Shown here piece after piece: positions 12,625 through 22,966 of a DNA stretch of 64,000 bases (the first letter of the stretch is position 1; every line of letters starts with the position of its first letter). Origin of the DNA: Malacoraja senta. Lineage: Eukaryota. Under the pieces are notes generated by a model. The model had not been told where the DNA came from. It did no database searches and saw only the letters and a list, made by a program, of their open reading frames with translations. The stretch spans positions 186,001-250,000 of the forward strand of contig JAXLNO010000350.1 of the NCBI GenBank assembly GCA_038087875.1. The letters are read 5' to 3'. The position numbers were made by a program, and so were the translations under genes.

Positions 12625-13020
12625 ATACATTTATTGGTCACATGTACCAATTGGTACAGTGAAATGTGCGGTCGCCATACAGCCATACGAATAATAAACA
12701 GCACAGAACACGATAGTCTTTAACACAGACATCCCTCACAGCGGGATCGAACTTTCCCACTGTGAGGGAAGGCTCCAAAATTCAGTCATCCTCCTCTGTT
12801 GTCCTCCCGTGGTCAGGGGGCTCTGGAACCTCGCGCCGTCGCCGCTACGGGTGGCCCGATGTTCAGGCCCGCTTGCCGGGGTGACGGAAGCCCGATGTCG
12901 GGACTGGAGGACATCCTCAGTGGCTAGGACATCCGAATCAGAGTTCGCGGCTTCCAAAGTCCAAAGGCCGCGCTGGTCGGAGATTCAACGCTGGCAGCCC
13001 TCGGCAAAGGGCCTCAGGAC
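12625..13020 (-). mobile_element. GC-rich non-autonomous retroelement 3' part
   Basis: Reverse complement carries the family hairpin (12732-12769) and a GTGACCAATAAATGTATC tail. Confidence 0.6.
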
Positions 13021-13312
13021 CCCGGGCCACAGTTTAAGAATAAGGGGTAAGCCATTTAGAACGGAGACGAGGAAACACTTTTTCTCACAGAGAGTGGTGA
13101 GTCTGTGGAATTCTCTGCATCAGAGGGCGGTGGAGGCCGGTTCTCTAGATACTTTCAAGAGAGATCTAGATAGGGCTCTTAAAGATAGCGGAGTCAGGGG
13201 ATATGGGGAGAAGGCAGGAACGGGGTACTGATTGGGGATGATCAGCCATTGAATGGCGGTGCTGGCTCGAAGAGCCGAATGGCCTCCTTCTGCACCTATT
13301 GTCTATTGTCTA
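13021..13312 (+). mobile_element. CR1 LINE 3' end
   Basis: GHSLRIRGKPFRTETRKHFFSQRVVSLWNSL; CTATTGT tail. Confidence 0.85.
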
Positions 13313-13562
13313 TTCATTGTTCTATCTGGGACATATGACAATAAAACACTCTTGACTCTTGACTCTGCTGATCCCAAACCATCTCTCATATTCCTTCTCT
13401 CCAGAGATGCTGCCTGTCCCGCCGAGTTACTCCAGCACATTATGTCTATGTAAGGTTTAAACCAGCATCCGCAGTCCTTTAATGCACGTGTTGATCGGCC
13501 ACTGGTGGGCGAAGGGGCTGGAATCTAAGATGCCTGGACAGGTACGTGGACAAGACAGGGTT

Positions 13563-16500
13563 AGAAACATAGAAACATAGAAAATAGGTGCAGGAGGAGG
13601 CCATTCGGCCCTTCGAGCCTGCACTGCCATTCAATATGATCATGGCTGATCATCCAACTCAGTATCCTGTACCTGCCTTCTCTCCATACCCCCTGATCCC
13701 TTTAGCCACAAGGGCCACATCTAACTCCCTCTTAAATATAGCCAATGAACTGGCCTCAACTACCTTCTGTGGCAGAGAATTCCACAGATTCACCACTCTC
13801 TGTGTAAAAAATGATTTTCTCATCTCGGTCCTAAAAGACTTCCCCCTTATCCTTAAACTGTGACCCCTTGTTCTGGACTTCCCCAACATCGGGAACAATC
13901 TTCCTGCATCTAGCCTGTCCAACCCCTTAAGAATTTTGTATGTTTCTATAAGATCCCCCCTCAATCTTCTAAATTCTAGCGAGTACAAGCCGAGTCTATC
14001 CAGTCTTTCTTCATATGAAAGTCCTGCCATCCCACGAATCAGTCTGGTGAACCTTCTCTGTACTCCCTCTATGGCAAGAATGTCTTTCCTCAGATTAGGA
14101 GACCAAAACTGTACGCAATACTCCAGGTGTGGTCTCACCAAGACCCTGTACAACTGCAGTAGAACCTCCCTGCTCTTATACTCAAATCTTTTTGCTATGA
14201 ATGCTAAAATACCATTCGCTTGCTTCACTGCCTGCTGCACCTGCATGCCTACTTTCAATGACTGGTGTACCATGACACCCAGGTGTCGTTGCATCTCCCC
14301 TTTTCCTTATCGGCCACCATTCAGATAATAGTCTACTTTCCTGTTTTTGCCACCAAAGTGGATAACCTCACATTTATTCACATTATACTGCATCTGCCAT
14401 GCATTTTCCCACTCACCCAACCTATCCAAGTCACCTTGCAGCCTCCTAGCATCCTCCTCACAGCTAACACTGCCCCCCAGCTTTGTGTCATCCGCAAACT
14501 TGTAGATGTTGCATTCAATTCCCTCATCCAGTTCATTAATATATATTGTAAATAACTGGGGTCCCAGCACTGAGCCTTGCGGTACCCCACTAGTCACTGC
14601 CTGCCATTCTGAAAAGGACCCGTTTACTCCTACTCTTTGCTTCCTGTCTGCCAGACAGTTCTCTATCCACATCAATACTGAACCCCCAATACCGTGTGCT
14701 TTAAGTTTGCATACTAATCTCTTATGTGGGACCTTGGCGAAGCCTTCTGAAAGTCCAGATATAACACATCCACTGGTTCTCCCTTATCCACTCTACTAGT
14801 TACATCCTCGAAAAATTCTATAAGATTCATCAGACATGATTTACCTTTCATAAATCCATCCTGACTTTGTCCAATGAATTCACCACTCTCCAAATGTGCT
14901 GCTATCCCATCTTTAATAACTGACTAGCATTTTCCCCATTACCGATGTTAGACTAACTGGTCTGTAATTCCCCGTTTTCTCTCTCCCTCCCTTTTTAAAA
15001 AGTGGCGTTACATTAGCTACCCTCCAATCCTCAGGAACTACTCCAGAATCTAAAGAGTTTTGAAAAATTATCACTAATGCATCCACTATTTCTGGGGCTA
15101 CTTCCTTAAGTACTCTGGGGTGCAACTTATCTGGCCCTGGGGATTTATCGGCCTTTACTCCATTCAATTTACCTAACGCCGAGCGCGCAGTCCGCAGCGC
15201 GAAGCACCTGTTGGAACAGTGTGGTGGCATTAACTCCGACTTCCATCTGGCCCTCTTCAACCTTCGGAACATTTCCCGCGACTCTGCCATGGGTTCACCT
15301 GCTCGGCAGCTCATGTCTCGCGCTACCAGACTCCCGCTCCCTGTGGCCCAGCGCTCCCTCATACCCTCCATCCTCCCACCTGCGGCGGTTCAGAAACGCA
15401 TTGCCTTCAGGCACGACGTCCAACAGCGTTCCCATGACAGGTCCTGCCACCCGCTGCCGCGCCTCTTCCCCGGTCAAGTTGTCCGTATGCAGACCGCTCC
15501 CGGTCACTCCAAGCTCGCTACTGTCGTCGGCTCTGCGGGGTCGCCCAGGTCCTATCTCGTCGACCACGCTGGAGCCATTTACCGACGGTCCCGCCAGCAC
15601 CTTCGGCTCGTCAACGAGCCGCGTCCTCCTGCCGCGGATCCCTTTGCTCCCCCACTGCCTGTTTCGCGTCAGGGCGTTGCTCTGCCGGTCCTTCCTGACA
15701 TGCAACGTTCTGCTCCTCCTCAGCCCCTTCCGTTCCACCCCACTCCGGCTAGTCCTCGCTCGCCTGCCCGCGCTCTTCCCGGTCCCGACCTCGCATCCCC
15801 TCCGGGTTCAGTGCCGCGGTCTCCTCCGTCTCCTCCCGTTTCTCCCTTTCAGGTTCGTCTTTCCCCGCCGGTGCCTCTTCCTCCTGCAGGAAGGGTGGAT
15901 GGCGAGACGCGAACCCGGGCAGGACGTCTTGTCAAACCGCCTGACCGCTATGGCGATTTTGTTTAACTATCCTCGCGCATGAGCCGTGGTCGCCATGTCA
16001 CCATTGTATTTGCCTGTCGTTTCGAAGAGGAAAGATGTAGATGAGATATGCATGTGCCTTTAACATAGTGACCTCATACCTACTAACCACTCCCCATATC
16101 ACAAGTATATCTACAACCTCCCCACCCACAGATCGCTCTCTAGTTCCTGTGACAGACCACGTACAGCTGGTGCAATGTGTAATGCTCCAGTATGAATAAA
16201 GATAGTAAAGTAACGATGCCTCGTTATGAATCCTTTACACCGGCTAACCTGGATTTCACTCAGTTCCTCCATCTCATTTGACCCTCGGTCCCCTGCTATT
16301 TCCGGCAGATTATTTATGTCTTCGTCAGTGAAGACAGAACCAAAGTAGTTATTCAATTGGTCTGCCATGTCCTTGTTCCCCATGATCAATTCGCCTGTTT
16401 CTGACTGCAAGGGACCTACATTTGTTTTAATTAATCTTTTTCTCTTCACATATCTACAAATCCTCTTCCTCAGCACCCCTGCCAATTTGATTCACCCAAT

Positions 16501-16597
16501 CTATATGTAGATTGAAGTCACCCATTATAATTGTTTTACCTTTGTTGCACGCATTTCTAATTTCCTGTTTGATGCCTTCCCCAACTCCACTACTACT
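13563..16597 (-). mobile_element. Long CR1 LINE ORF2 fragment (endonuclease remnant, RT, 3' UTR), split by a Gypsy fragment
   Basis: IMGDFNL (16454 ORF), NNYFGSVFT, KSPGPD, NYRPVSLTS, SGVPQGSVLGP, FADDTKLG and the CR1 C-terminus; frameshifts present. Confidence 0.92.
15178..16239 (+). mobile_element. Ty3/Gypsy LTR retrotransposon 3' end (integrase C-terminus, PPT, 3' LTR 16036-16239)
   Basis: AERAVRSAK..LALFNLRN..SPARQLMSR..LFPGQVVR..PRSYLV..YRRSRQHL..TRAGRLVKPPDRY*; PPT GAAGAGGAAAGA; LTR TGTA...TACA with AATAAA. Confidence 0.88.
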
Positions 16598-18144
16598 GCC
16601 AACATTGGGTGAGAGTTGGGAGTTAGAAATTGCGAGAGACCAAGCCCGAGGGAGCATAGCGACCTGGGGGGGGGGGGGTGGATGGTGTCCCCCTCCCATT
16701 GGTACGGAACTTTTGCATTTTTCAGCTTGAAATTGTGCAATATGGTGCATACTGTAGCGGGTCTTTTAACGTACACTTGAATGCAATATATTTGCTTTAA
16801 ATTGGATTAGAGCGTTTTTGAAAGGGGGGAGGCTGAGCGATCACTGATCACTGGCCTTGGGGGTACCTGCTGAGGGAGTGGAGCAATCGAGTGGGGAGAG
16901 GGTGTGGAAGAAAGGTATCCCCCCTCCCAGGGTAGGAACTTTTTGAAATTTGATGTATTAAAATCATGTTTTAGTGCATTGTAGAAGTATGATTTCAATG
17001 TTTTTTGTATCAAGTATTTTTAATAGGTAACTTTATCCACACAAAGGGTGATGGGTGTATGGAACAAGCTGCCAGAGGAGGTAGTTGAGGCAGGGACCAT
17101 CCCAACATTTAAGAAACAGTTAGACTGATACATGGATAGGACAGGTTTGGAGGTATGGACCAAAAGCAGGAAGCGTAGCTGGAACATGTTGGCGGGTGTG
17201 GGCAAGTTGGGCCGAAGGGCCTGTTTTCACACTGTATCACACTATGACATTATACCTCCACCATGCATGAATGCTTCAAAATCAAGTGGTCGAGTTTTAT
17301 TGCCATATACTCAAGCATGGAAACATAGAAAATAGGTGCAGGAATAGGCCATCGGCCCTTCGAGCCAGCACTGCCATTCAATATGATCATGGCTATTCAT
17401 CTAAAATCAGTACCTCTTTCCTGTTTTTTCCCCATATCCCTTGATTTCGTTAGCCCCAAGAACTAAATGTAACTCTCTCTTGAAAACATCCAGTGAATTG
17501 GCCTCCACTGCCTTCTGTGGCAGAGAATTCCACAGATTCACAACTCTCTGTGTGAAGAAAGTTTGTCCTCATCTCAGTCCTAACTGGCCCCCCCCTTTAT
17601 TCTTAAACTGTGACCCCTGGTTCTGAACTCCCCCAACATCGGGAACATTTTTCCTGCAGTTACATTAAGTGAAAATCTAGCAGGCAAGCAGGATGCTTTC
17701 TCCAACCACCCCCATTTGAAGTTCACTATCTTCCATCTTTTCTACCCAATGCTTGGTACTTACTTCCAGCAGCCACTGGTTGTCCTCCTGCATGCACCGA
17801 GCCGCAGCCTGATCCATGCCGGCCACTTGGGCGAATTTGGCACAGAGACTCTCACGGCAGCGGCGTAACGCTTCCGACGCCTTGCACTGAGGCTGCTCCA
17901 TGGCCGGAGCTGCACTGAGCGACTCGCCAGCCTAGCAAACACTCGCCAGCCTCGCTCCCCGTCCGCATCTGTCCCTGCCGCTGCTTCTGCTTCCAACACC
18001 CATGGCCATGCAGTTGATATGAGTTTTGAAATTTTCGTTGATCACAGAATTTCTCACAACAGAGCGAGAGAAATTTGTGATCAGCATGAGAATTTGGCAA
18101 AATGCGTGATTCTCACGCTCAATGCGTGGGAGTTGGCAGCCCTG
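16597..18144. mobile_element. hAT-like non-autonomous DNA element with nested LINE fragments (17021-17250 +, 17321-17660 -)
   Basis: Right end GTTGGCAGCCCTG; left end TGCCAAC is a truncated TIR; no TSD seen. Confidence 0.45.
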
Positions 18145-18419
18145 CCTCTCTATCCCCCCTCTCCCCCACTCTCTCTCCCCCTCTCTCTCTCCCCCTCTCT
18201 CACTCCCCCTCTCTCTCTCCCTCCTCTCTCTGTCCCGCTCTCTCTCCCCCTCTCTCTCTCCCCTCTCTCTTTCTCTCCCCTCTCTCTCTCCCTCCCATCT
18301 CACTCTCATCCCTCTCTCTCCCCCCTCTCTCTCTCTCCCCCCTCTTCCACTCTCTCTCCTCTCAACCGCCCTCTCTCTCCCCCTCTATCTCTCCCCTCCC
18401 CCTCTCTTTCCCCTCCCTC
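18145..18419. repeat. CT-rich low-complexity tract
   Basis: About 275 bp almost entirely C/T. Confidence 0.9.
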
Positions 18420-19189
18420 AACATACAACAAGTGATCCTCCGCCAGTTTCGCCACCTCCAACGTGACCCCACCACTCGCCACATCTTCCCATCTCCCCCC
18501 TTGTCTGCCTTCCGCAAAGACCGCTCCCTCCGTAATTCTCTTGTCAATTCTTCCCTTCCCTCCCGTACCACCCCCTCCCCGGGCACTTTCCCTTGCAACT
18601 GCAAGAGATGCAACACTTGCCCCTTCACCTCCCCCCTCGACTCCATTCAAGGATCCAAGCAGTCGTTCCAGGTGCGACAGAGGTTCACCTGCGTCTCCTC
18701 CAACCTCATCTATTGCATCCGCCACTCGACGTGTCAGCTGATCTACATCGGTGACACCAAGCGTAGCCTTGTCGATCGTTTCGTCGAACAACTCCGCACG
18801 GTCCGCATTAACCAACCTGATCTCCCGGTGGCTCAGCACTTCAACTCCCCCTCCCATTCCCAATCCGACGTTTCTGCCCTGGGCCGCCTCCCTGGCCCGA
18901 GTGAGGCCCACCGGAAACTGGAGGAGCAGCACCTCATATTTCGCTTGGGCAGTTTACACCCTTGTGGTATGAACATTGACTTCTCAAAATTTCAGGTAGT
19001 CCCTGCTTTCTCCATCCCCTTCTCAGCTCTCATTCAGCCCTTTGGCTCCTCCTCTTCCTTTCTTCATCCCCAACCCACACCCCCACATCAGTCTGAAGAA
19101 GGGTTTCGGCCCGGAACGTTGCCTATTTCCTTCGCTCCATAGATGCTGCCTCACCCGCTGAGTTTCTCCAGCATTTTTGTCTACCTTCA
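18420..19189 (+). mobile_element. Penelope-like element 3' portion (GIY-YIG and pLTR)
   Basis: NLIYCIR..C..IYIGDTKRSL.DRF.EQ..VAQHF in ORF 18102..19142; pLTR with CTGAAGA motif. Confidence 0.9.
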
Positions 19190-19414
19190 CCAAGATGGCC
19201 GCCGGCAACCAGCGCAACTGACGGCCACCCATCACCTAGATGGCCGCCGTCAACCCCTCACCAATCAGCGGCGCCGACCTCACCTGCCCTCGCCAATCAG
19301 CGGCGCCGGCCTCACCAAGATGGCCGCCTCCAGGCCCCGCCTCCCCATCGACCGCATCAAGATGGCGGCGGAGAAGCGTCAGTTGGTGGCGTCGCTGCTG
19401 AGCGGCGGCCTAAG
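19190..19414 (+). promoter_or_regulatory. CpG-rich promoter and exon 1 of ZNF unit A
   Basis: Several YY1-type (CA)AGATGGC motifs, two CCAATCA boxes, CCCCGCC GC-box; ATG 19362 (MAAEKRQLVASLLSGGL) then donor AG|GTAAAT at 19414/19415; conserved in three units. Confidence 0.72.
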
Positions 19415-19859
19415 GTAAATAATGTTATAAATCAGCCGGGGATTGAGCGGGATCGGGTCAATATGGGGGAGAAGTGAGGTAAATCACCACATAAAGTAAC
19501 TACACTAACGTGTATCTATCTATCTATCTGTGGGGATACACAACTGGGGTCAAACTGGTTCTAAACCAGCCTCCCCCTCTTATTCACTGAGGGAAATAAC
19601 CTTATAAATACATCAATAAATAAATACATCAATAAATACATCAGCAGCGGAATAAATAAATAAATAAATAAACCCGGTAAATGTGGAGGAGAGAGAGAGA
19701 GAGAGAGAGCTGAGGTAAATCACCACATAAATAAACTACACGTCTGGGGCAAAACTGGGCTCAATTATATCAACTCACCGTCTGGAGCAGCGTCCTGAGA
19801 TAAAACACCTTATAAACATCTATCTCCCTCTCTCTGGCTCCCCCCCTCTCTGTAAATAA

Positions 19860-20265
19860 TCAATAAATCACCAAACTACACGTCTGGGGGAATAAACCCG
19901 GTAAATCTGGTGGAGATCTGAGGTAAATAATGTTAGAAACACACAGGGGAGTGAAATAAACCCGGTAAATCTGGGGTAAAACTGAGGTCAATAATGTTAG
20001 AAACCCACAGGGGAGTGAAATAAACCCGGTAAATTTGATGGAGACCGGAGGTCAATAATCATAATAATAATAATAATATCTTTTATTGTCATTGCATGTC
20101 AGTGCAACGAGATTTAGTATGCAGCTCCACCGATGTACAGGAATTGTTGTACACCTATGTAGAATAATGTTATAAACCCACAGGGGAGTGAAATAAACCC
20201 GGTAAATCTGGGGGGTAAAACTGAAGTAAATAATGTTATTTACCCGGTCTGAAATAAATCAGCAA
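19860..20265 (+). repeat. ~62-bp minisatellite (GAGGT[A/C]AATAATGTTAGAAACCCACAGGGGAGTGAAATAAACCCGGTAAATCTGG)
   Basis: Tandem degenerate copies; also at ~32340-32550, ~33985-34130 and ~58565-58710. Confidence 0.8.
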
Positions 20266-20277
20266 ACAATGGCATCG

Positions 20278-20458
20278 TGCCAAGCCACACTCACACACAA
20301 CAGAAATACAACACAGAACGAGTCGGAAATACGACTCGCACGAGAAGTGGCCGATTGTCAATACCCCCAATTCGACTTGTTATGTAAAATAGTTAGGCAA
20401 TGACTTTGTAGTTTTGTAGTATAATGTTCAAAGTATAAAGAGGACTGTGTTTATTGTA
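20278..20458 (+). mobile_element. Gypsy integrase tail fragment (longer paralog at 41868-42264)
   Basis: Translates TTRTRSGRLSIPPIRLVM*, the TRSGR..PP..R terminal motif also seen at the end of 15211..15966. Confidence 0.55.
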
Positions 20459-21090
20459 GGTAGACAAAATTGCTGGAGAAACTCAGCGGGTGAGGCAGCA
20501 TCTATGGAGCGAATGAATAGGTGACGTCTCGGATCGAGACCCTTCTTCAGACCAAAGTTCCTATAGATCACTCCTTCTAAATGCAATGGGCTGACGTGTA
20601 GTACGCAACGGAGCAGAACGTGGGCCTTTTTCTCATCAATTTCAGTAACCCGACCCGACTCGCTGTGTAATCAATGTTGCGGGGGAACAGTTTGTGTTAA
20701 GAAATTATAATTCTGAAAATGAGGAGAAGATTTTTCCCAAATAACTTTTATTTGTACGCGGATGTTTCCGTAACCGGCTTCCGTCTCCGCACTAGTATCC
20801 TATGGGATTTTTGGTGCGGAGACGGAAGCCGGTTACGGAAATGGGGCCGAAAATTACCCATGAATCTGCCCATGACCATACTATGTCTTTTTCGTCGAGT
20901 GATATATCTTGCTTGCTATAGGATCTTTGTTTCAGACTGATGTGGGGGGGGGGGGAGGAGGCGGGAAAAAGAAAGGAAGAGGCGGAGACAGTAGGCTGTG
21001 GGAGAGCTGGGAAGGCGAGGAGAAGGAGGGAGAAAGCAGGGACTACCTGAAATTAGAGAAGTCAATGTTCATACCGCTGGGGTGTAAACT
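20459..21090 (-). mobile_element. Penelope-like pLTR/3' fragment split by a P-type MITE (paralog 42265-42915)
   Basis: Reverse complement of the 18950-19185 terminal region; the two halves are joined by the TSD. Confidence 0.82.
20553..20929. mobile_element. P-superfamily-like MITE (unit A copy)
   Basis: CAAAG[T]TCCTATAG...CTATAGGATCTTTG termini; 8-bp TSD CTTCAGAC/TTTCAGAC. Confidence 0.72.
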
Positions 21091-21091
21091 G

Positions 21092-22556
21092 TGAAAGAGT
21101 CAATAGCTATTATATCGTTTGCTGCCATATTTAATCCTTTCTGTAATGAAAGAGCTAATTGCTATTGCATTGCCTTCAGGGATGCTTGACCGAAGAGTAT
21201 TGTTTTTTTTAAGACAAGCTTCTGTTGAAGAGTTCAATCAGATAAGGGGCCAGCAAGGGGAAGACACCAACTAGCACAGAAAAACAGCTCATTGTTCGGA
21301 CTGGACTATTCCATCTTGGGGGACTAGAGCTAATGTCTTTGGAATGCTTAGTTTTAAGCAAAAGATGAAAAACAACTCCATATTTGGACTTGGTTGGTGC
21401 TTCTTGGGACATCACCTAATGCCCCTGATATTCTGTGTACGTGACTCTTGTTGTATAAAAGACCCCAGGATTCTGTAATAATTTGTGTGGTATGTTGGGA
21501 AAACATGGAGTATCACTGGATACTTCTGGATTGTAGAATCTCCCACCTGATGTAAAAGTAAAGATTGTATGATCTACCTTGACACATTGTATTTGTCTGT
21601 TTTTAAGAAAGTGAACCTTATCATTGACATAGCCGGCAGGATTTCACTGGGGCCATCAACAGACGACTGAGTAAGAGGCCATAGTTTGACCGGGATCGGA
21701 TGGGGAGAAAAAAAGTGCACTAGTCGGACCCCTTGAGACCGACCTTCCAAAGAAGCTCCCGGGAAAACTTAGGTCCTTCGGAGTAGGTTGATCTGGTGCC
21801 CTGCCAAAATCCTTAGATACAGACAAAGATAAGACCAATTGTGTATGTAATTTGCTACCAAGAGAGTAGTCGGCAATTGGATAGAGCAAACTAGGAATGG
21901 TTTGTCGTAAATTACTGTATTTTTGCTGCTGGGAAAGTAGAAGTAGCCAGGCAGAGAGAGACTGGCTGCTAGATTGAGAAGTAGCCGGGCAGAGAGAGAC
22001 TCGCGGTTATGGGGAATAATCTATTTCTGCTATGAGGAAAGTACTTGGAAAGAGATTTTGCTACTGGGAAAGTAGTCGGCAATTGGCCCCGCAATCTAAA
22101 AACGTTTGTCGTTCACAAAGTAGCCGGGCTGGGAAGAGATTCGTGGCTATGGGGAATAATCTGGACAAAAATGACGGGGGAACGCCCGTCCAACATGTGT
22201 AATTTGAATCCTAAAAGTAACAAAGACTAGAATATTAAGTTATAAGCTAACCAAACATTTGGGAGATGAATCTTGGCCAGTCGTAGGAACATGGAATGTA
22301 GAAACTGTTAAAAAGGCAGAAAAGATGAAAAAGGATGGTATACCTAATAATTAAGGATGGAAAGCGAAGGCAGAGAAGAAGAACGAGGAGAGTAGGGATT
22401 GGAGTTGGATGGATAATGCATGTAAGAGAGGGAGAGAGTTAACAAACAAGGATGGCACTATGAAAGGATGGAAAGCGTAGCAGCTAGAATGCCAGTGGGC
22501 AGAGGAACAAGAGAAAAGAACTAAGGGACAGGCTGAAGGTAAAACACAGGTGAAGG
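21092..22556 (+). mobile_element. Endogenous retrovirus 5' portion: LTR 21092-21623, PBS-Ser 21625-21642, leader, decayed gag matrix
   Basis: TG..CA LTR with TATAAAA (~21455); PBS TGACATAGCCGGCAGGAT resembles TGGCGTAGTCGGCAGGAT (tRNA-Ser complement); ATG 22149 MGNNLDK followed by frameshifted KHLGDESWPVVGTWNV (WPxxGT matrix motif). Confidence 0.68.
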
Positions 22557-22966
22557 TTAATAAAAAAAACCCAGTTTGATCAAAGATTGGCGTGGTTTAC
22601 CTTTAACAATTTTGTTAAAGGTAAACCACCCCCTCCCCTCACTTCCACCATCCTCATCCCCCTTCCCCACTTGCCTCCTCACCATCTCACCCCTCTTTAC
22701 CGCCTCCCTTCTCCCCCTCCCCCTCACACCATTTCCCCCCGCTCCCCTCACACCCCCCTCTGCCCCCCCCCCTTCAAGCACTAGTAATGTTCACGCGTTA
22801 GTAACATCCTGTTTGCCAGCTTGTTGACCCTCTGTGTTCCCATCCTGCAGGGTTTAGGATCCGTTGCTGTGGACGGGGACGTGAGCGCCCAGGGCGGGCA
22901 GGGTGCCGGTGAGCCTCCCCCCCATCTGCTCGGTGTGCGGGCTGAGCTTCGAGGGGCTGAGCTTCG

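Noticed and set aside
19860..20265. CRISPR-like repeat array
   Set aside because: Head-to-tail degenerate minisatellite without unique spacers; eukaryotic context; no cas genes.
21625..21642. tRNA gene (also the SINE heads near 27290-27341)
   Set aside because: Only an 18-nt PBS complement or degenerate SINE heads; no cloverleaf.
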